A program made the position numbers and the translations under genes. Positions 16,923 to 21,510 of a DNA stretch of 21,510 nucleotides are shown here, in pieces. Positions within the stretch are counted from its first letter, which is position 1; every line of letters begins with the position of its first letter. The notes under the pieces were generated by a model. The model saw only the letters and a program-made list of their open reading frames with translations. It searched no databases and was not told where the DNA came from. The stretch comes from Gemmatales bacterium (GTDB lineage: Bacteria > Planctomycetota > Planctomycetia > Gemmatales > HRBIN36): positions 1 to 21,510 of the forward strand of contig JBEPZY010000007.1 of assembly GCA_041640595.1 (NCBI GenBank), read 5' to 3'.

Positions 16923-18278
16923 TCAAGCGATCAGGTTCACTGCCTCAATGGCTAGCGAGGCGTTCGAATCAATGTTCTCTACAGAGCGCGGACGATTCGG
17001 TTTTTTTATCGGCAGCTGTTCGTTCTCCTCACGATAAGGGTGACGGCCAGTTTCGCCACCCTGGAAACTAATTACGAGTGTCCTGACGTTTATGCCTGAT
17101 TGTTCAAGCGTGTTGTGGAGATGTTCTCTTTGCTGACTAAGCATAGTAAGAGTATTGGGATTTTCAACCTCTAAGCGTGCTTCCAAGGTGCTTCCCTGGA
17201 AATTCAGATGAATCTGGACGGCACCCAGGTCTGGCGGCTCGAGGCTGAGGTGGATGGTTAGCACCCGAGTATGTTCGCCAGTTCCAACGTGTCGTAGGAT
17301 GGTTGATGTTACCTGGGAAGCGACCAGGTGTGCTTCGACTTCGGAACTGGGTTTGCCGGGTCTATCAGCCGGTATAGTCGTATGAGGACTGGCGATCGGA
17401 CTTGATATATTGGCGGGCAAAGGAGCTTCGGCAAAGCTAACTCTTTCAAAGGTGGATCGCTGAAAACGAATGTCGGGCTCCTGAACATGGAGACTCGCCA
17501 GCTTATAAGCGGAGAAGGTAGGAACGATAAAATCGTGGAATGCTGGGCTTGTCAAGGCAGGTTGCGGTTGCAAGACGTGTTCAACAGTGTGCGGTAAAGA
17601 CGTGCGCGTTATCAACTTGGATAGACTAATGGAACTTAGATGGACACTAAGGTGTTGTTCCGTTGGGATGGCCGCATCAGTAGGTGCCTGTTGCTTAGTG
17701 TCTGTGAAAATCGGATGTTCCGGTAATGCAGGCTGTATGGAACGGGCATCAGGTAACTGCTGAGGTAGAGGCGAACCATCGGCTGGCTTTTTCGCCACAG
17801 AGGCGACATGATCGGCTAATAGAAGTGGCGACACATCTGGGAATGCACTTGGATTAGAGGGTTGCGGTTGCTGGGAGTTTGTTGGTGGAATTTCACCATC
17901 TTTCGAGCCAGGACCTGGCGCGTTAGTTTCTGAGAGGGATATCAGAAATTGTGGAGCAGATTTTGCGTTTATCAGGATCTGCTCTATTTGGCCCGGGATG
18001 GGAGCATGAGGCAATGATACGGGTGTTGAAGAAAGTTGCGCGGAGGCGTTGCCGGAAATAGAACCCGGAGAACTTTCTTGATTAGCGGCGGTGTGAAGGT
18101 CTATTTGGCTGCCAGTGGAGACGTTGGTTGTAACTAACAATTGCGCCAGCAATGCCAGGAAAGCCGGTTTTAGGGAATCATCTAATTCTTGCGTCATCCC
18201 CCTCGTAGTATCTTGCAACAAGAGTAAGGGGTTGAGAGGGACAGCTGATTCAGTCAGACTGGGTGCTGCTGGAATCAT
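16923..18278 (-). CDS. fliK: Flagellar hook-length control protein FliK
   Basis: Long Pro/Ser/Gln-rich disordered N-terminal region, then a C-terminal L.L.PPDLG.V.I.L domain. Directly upstream of flgD. Confidence 0.88.
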   Translation of the reverse strand: MIPAAPSLTESAVPLNPLLLLQDTTRGMTQELDDSLKPAFLALLAQLLVTTNVSTGSQIDLHTAANQESSPGSISGNASAQLSSTPVSLPHAPIPGQIEQILINAKSAPQFLISLSETNAPGPGSKDGEIPPTNSQQPQPSNPSAFPDVSPLLLADHVASVAKKPADGSPLPQQLPDARSIQPALPEHPIFTDTKQQAPTDAAIPTEQHLSVHLSSISLSKLITRTSLPHTVEHVLQPQPALTSPAFHDFIVPTFSAYKLASLHVQEPDIRFQRSTFERVSFAEAPLPANISSPIASPHTTIPADRPGKPSSEVEAHLVASQVTSTILRHVGTGEHTRVLTIHLSLEPPDLGAVQIHLNFQGSTLEARLEVENPNTLTMLSQQREHLHNTLEQSGINVRTLVISFQGGETGRHPYREENEQLPIKKPNRPRSVENIDSNASLAIEAVNLIA

Positions 18279-18312
18279 GAGGATGCTCTGTCAGGAATCG
18301 CTACGGTTTATA

Positions 18313-18328
18313 TGCAATTGGTGCGCCG
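18313..18328 (-). promoter_or_regulatory. Candidate sigma54 (-24/-12) promoter for fliK-flgD-flgE
   Basis: Minus strand reads CGGCGC-ACCAA-TTGCA (GG-N10-GC spacing; consensus TGGCAC-N5-TTGCW), about 35 nt upstream of the fliK ATG. Confidence 0.55.
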
Positions 18329-18542
18329 AAAACTGAATGAGGCGGCGGAAAACGCGCTATCCCACTGAGTAAAAGGAATACGGCAAATCCCTGGTTAGGA
18401 GAAACTAACTTACACCGCTATGGTAAGGCAAAATTTGCACAACTTTATGCCAAATGCGCAGTGGTAGAAGCAGATTTTGCACCCCAGCGGTGGTGGCTTA
18501 GGTTGCGGTTTGCGAGCACATGGGCGAAATTTTCATACGGTG

Positions 18543-20009
18543 TCAACGAGCAATTAGCTTAGCCAGCTCCGACTTAGCCCTTTCCAGGACTGGGTCGGTT
18601 TGTTTATCTAATAAACGGGTACGAAGGGACAAGGCGTTGTCCGGATCAATGATGGCAGCAGCACCAAAGAGCGCGACGCTCAGGTCATAGCGCTCCTGAA
18701 TTAGCTGAAGCAGTTCTTCCTGCCAGAGCATAGTCCGAATTCGATGGGCGAGGAGAACTTGCTCCTGTTCTTCCTTTGTTTGCTTTACGGGTACGTCGGG
18801 AATTACTCCCCACGGATCGGAGTCCTTTGCATTAGGGTAACGATGAATGTTAAGGCCGGAAGGACGCAGATATTCTGCGGTGGTTAGTTTCAAGGCATGT
18901 GGCTTATAGGGTAAGGGAATGATAGTTTGCACGCTAGCTTTGCCGAAAGTACGGTTACCGATAAGTCGTGCACGACGATTATCCTGGAGGGCGCTGGCAA
19001 GGATTTCACTGGCGCTGGCGCTGTGGGCGTCTATAAGCACTACCAGCGGCAAATTCGGAAATGCCGGTAGGGTGACGCCTTGGTGTCGCCAGATGCTGGA
19101 ACGTAATAGACCGGCATGGTAGCTCTCCTCAATGCGCCGCCGTCCGCGGACGGTGACTATAGGAGCGTGAGTCGGCAAGAACAGTTCAGCAATTTCCACG
19201 GCCGTCTCCAGTCGGCCTCCCGGATTACCACGGATGTCAAGAACCAGGCCACGTAAACCTTGCTGCTGCAAACGTTGCAAAGTCTGATAAAGTTCCAGGG
19301 CGGAGCTGGGATGGAAAGCTTCTAAGGCTACGTAAGCCAGGCGCATCCGTTCATCTAACCAGAACCACCACTGGCCATTCTTTTGACGATAGAGCCCGGA
19401 GACAGTTTCAATGGGAATTTCGGCACGTTGCAATTCGACAACGCGAACTTCGGAGCTGCCCCAGGGGCGAATGGTCAGCTTTACAGTGGTGCCGGGAGGG
19501 CCTTTGATACGGCGTACGGCATCTTCCAGGTTACTAAATTGCTCACCGTCAACGGCCAGGATAATGTCACCCCTTCGCAAACCCGCACGAAAAGCGGGAG
19601 TGTCTGGAATGGGGGTCTGGACGATAAGTTGTTGTGTCAAGGGGTGAAGACCGACCTGGATGCCGACGCCGCCGAAATGGCCTTGTTCCACCTCGGTGAA
19701 GCGACGAAATTCGTCGGGGGGAATATAAGTGCTATGTTCGTCAAGTGAACGCAGGGCGGACTGAATAGCATGTTCGAAGTAATCCTGGCGCTGGTCGTCG
19801 TTAAGTTCGCGAACATAACATTCTTCCACCAGTCGCGTTACCCGTGCGAATAGGGCGAGCTGTGGCGGCTCCTTGACGTCTGAACCGGGAAAACCCTGGA
19901 CGAATTGTAACGGACCCGCCGGAGGTACGACGCTGGAACCGGCCAGGTTCCAGCTCCCCAGACTTATTACGCCAACGACTATCAGCCAGTGGCAGTTTTG
20001 TCGGCTCAC
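18543..20009 (-). CDS. ctpA: Carboxyl-terminal processing protease, S41A family, with PDZ domain
   Basis: LD.HS.Y, PDZ FGGVGI, LDIRGNPGG, catalytic SASASE and TFGK.SVQ, N-terminal signal/anchor. GTG 20009 is better spaced from GGAGG than ATG 20015. Confidence 0.93.
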   Translation of the reverse strand: MSRQNCHWLIVVGVISLGSWNLAGSSVVPPAGPLQFVQGFPGSDVKEPPQLALFARVTRLVEECYVRELNDDQRQDYFEHAIQSALRSLDEHSTYIPPDEFRRFTEVEQGHFGGVGIQVGLHPLTQQLIVQTPIPDTPAFRAGLRRGDIILAVDGEQFSNLEDAVRRIKGPPGTTVKLTIRPWGSSEVRVVELQRAEIPIETVSGLYRQKNGQWWFWLDERMRLAYVALEAFHPSSALELYQTLQRLQQQGLRGLVLDIRGNPGGRLETAVEIAELFLPTHAPIVTVRGRRRIEESYHAGLLRSSIWRHQGVTLPAFPNLPLVVLIDAHSASASEILASALQDNRRARLIGNRTFGKASVQTIIPLPYKPHALKLTTAEYLRPSGLNIHRYPNAKDSDPWGVIPDVPVKQTKEEQEQVLLAHRIRTMLWQEELLQLIQERYDLSVALFGAAAIIDPDNALSLRTRLLDKQTDPVLERAKSELAKLIAR

Positions 20010-20104
20010 GTGCATCCTCCGTTCGCTAGCGGCTTCAGTTTGCTTGCCGCTAAATTACCTCCGCGTTGGCTGGTGAGTTTTCCATACGAAATTTGACGTG
20101 GAAT

Positions 20105-20110
20105 ATTATA
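20105..20110 (-). promoter_or_regulatory. Candidate -10 element for ctpA
   Basis: Perfect TATAAT immediately after the terminator T-tract and about 95 nt upstream of the ctpA start. No convincing -35. Confidence 0.4.
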
Positions 20111-20114
20111 GCGC

Positions 20115-20143
20115 AAAAAGAAGGCAGCCCGAACAGGCTGCCT
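20115..20143 (-). terminator. Rho-independent terminator of the His-rich barrel gene
   Basis: Minus strand reads AGGCAGCC-TGTTCG-GGCTGCCT-TCTTTTT, about 70 nt after the stop at 20215. Confidence 0.85.
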
Positions 20144-20214
20144 GAATTTAGTCGAGGCGGATGATTTCGGTGGTGTCGGAGTCAGATGTGCCGAATCGAA
20201 ATAGTCGCGAAGTT

Positions 20215-21483
20215 CTAATAAACCCAGGTGAAGGCCACGATATATTGCACGTCCATCTGGCGATCGAAATGATTGAGGGGGAAATTGACACCAAAACGCA
20301 GTTCGGCGCTTTCAGTCAGGGCGTAATTGATACCGGTGAGGAGTTGAAGCAGCGTGAGGCGGTCACCTTGCAATTCGCTCTGGCCGTTGAATTCCAAAAG
20401 TAAGCTCACCAGGCCGATGGGATAAGCTGGGCCTACCGGGGAAATGACTCCTTCGTCGTTGTGGGCATGGCCGTGATTGTGACCGTTGTGGTTATGCTCA
20501 TGGTGAAAATGCGGGGGGAGAAGTCGCGGCCCGAGCAAGGAATGGGCATAGACAACTGTATAAAGTAAGCTCGTGTCGCCGGATTCAAGGCCAATTTCCG
20601 GGCCAAAGTTGAGTTGCAGCTGATTCCAGTTACGCCAGGGAAGAAAACGCCAGCTTCCGATATCGTGCCAAGTGGTCAGGAACGGAGCGATGGTAGTTTC
20701 GCCCCGACCGAGTCCTCGTGCTTCGCTCCCGGTGGGAAAGGTAAATACGATGTTGCTAGCGAGGAAGAAATTATCGCTTTCGACCCAGACGATGCGTGGG
20801 GCAAATTCCAGATCGCCAAACCCGGTCTGATGGCCGGCAGGATCTTCGAGACCGAGGAAGGGCACGGCCAGGACGAAGCCGAATCGTCGTGTGAGGCCCC
20901 AGTCCAGATGGAACTCTAATTCATGCTCATCAATCGGTGTTCCCTCGGCGTTCTTGGTAAGCTTGTAAATGAAGAACACGTCACGGTGGATCTGGGCGGG
21001 TTCGATAGTGAAGGGGTGAACCCAGGGCGTACCGCGTGGGCTGCGGTGCGTGTCAATCACGGGGCCGAAAAGCAAATCGCGTAAAAAACCTTCGCTGGGT
21101 GGGGGCAGCCAGGAATATGGACGGTAATCGTCCGCGGGTTTCCACCAATGCGGTGGATAAGGATCTACGTAGCGGTAGCTGGTGGGTGGGGTCTCGTCCC
21201 AGGGGTCGCGATGAAGACGGTCGGCAGGTCCGTGATGAGCGTGGTTGTCGGCGTCGTGATTAGCCGACGCGGTTTTGGGTGCAGCGTCCGTAGTACCTGC
21301 CAGTTGCTGTTCGAGCTGGCGTATCCGTTCTTTCAAGCGGGCATTTTCCCGCAGCAATTCCTCGTAACTTTGTGCGCTGAGCGGTCGGCACCAGAGGGAG
21401 AGTAAAAGCAACGATAACAGGTAGCAGGCGAAGTCCGTCCAGATGCGAGGCACAACCAGTTTTTGCCCGTCCGTGGTCAGCAT
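20215..21483 (-). CDS. Probable outer-membrane beta-barrel with His-rich segments (COG4313 / MetA-pathway 'transporter'-like)
   Basis: AAGGAGG SD; signal peptide ending LSA-Q; coiled coil; amphipathic strands (GFGDLEF.PR, FTFPTG, ELRFGVNFPL); C-terminal ...YIVAFTWVY with a terminal aromatic residue; two His clusters. Confidence 0.7.
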   Translation of the reverse strand: MLTTDGQKLVVPRIWTDFACYLLSLLLLSLWCRPLSAQSYEELLRENARLKERIRQLEQQLAGTTDAAPKTASANHDADNHAHHGPADRLHRDPWDETPPTSYRYVDPYPPHWWKPADDYRPYSWLPPPSEGFLRDLLFGPVIDTHRSPRGTPWVHPFTIEPAQIHRDVFFIYKLTKNAEGTPIDEHELEFHLDWGLTRRFGFVLAVPFLGLEDPAGHQTGFGDLEFAPRIVWVESDNFFLASNIVFTFPTGSEARGLGRGETTIAPFLTTWHDIGSWRFLPWRNWNQLQLNFGPEIGLESGDTSLLYTVVYAHSLLGPRLLPPHFHHEHNHNGHNHGHAHNDEGVISPVGPAYPIGLVSLLLEFNGQSELQGDRLTLLQLLTGINYALTESAELRFGVNFPLNHFDRQMDVQYIVAFTWVY

Positions 21484-21510
21484 TGAAGCCTCCTTTCTGC
21501 AGCAGAGCTC

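Noticed and set aside
18436..18453. Second sigma54-like element TGGCATAAAGTTGTGCA on the minus strand
   Set aside because: The GG-to-GC spacing is 11 nt rather than the required 10.

Overview
Chromosomal region of a bacterium, probably a member of the Planctomycetota (inferred from the Arg-rich N-terminus plus LEARTAP motif of the surface protein and the style of the other genes). From left to right: (1) the 5' part of a giant minus-strand surface protein that the ORF track missed because it runs off the window edge, with 8 ELWxxDGT-like propeller repeats and tandem 115-aa Ig-like repeats; (2) a divergent feoA-feoA-feoB ferrous iron uptake operon with a Fur-box-like palindrome; (3) an unknown lipoprotein; (4) an infB-ylxP(DUF503)-rbfA operon with no upstream nusA, followed by an atypical endonuclease III-like Fe-S protein; (5) an amidohydrolase and a membrane protein; (6) a free-standing fliK-flgD-flgE hook module with a candidate sigma54 promoter and an enlarged FlgE; (7) an S41 C-terminal protease; (8) a His-rich probable outer-membrane beta-barrel. 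I saw no rRNA, tRNA, CRISPR array, IS element or phage gene. The best candidates for new biology are the Nth-like gene coupled to rbfA, the orphan hook module with a nested domain duplication, the mosaic adhesin repeats and the His-rich barrel.
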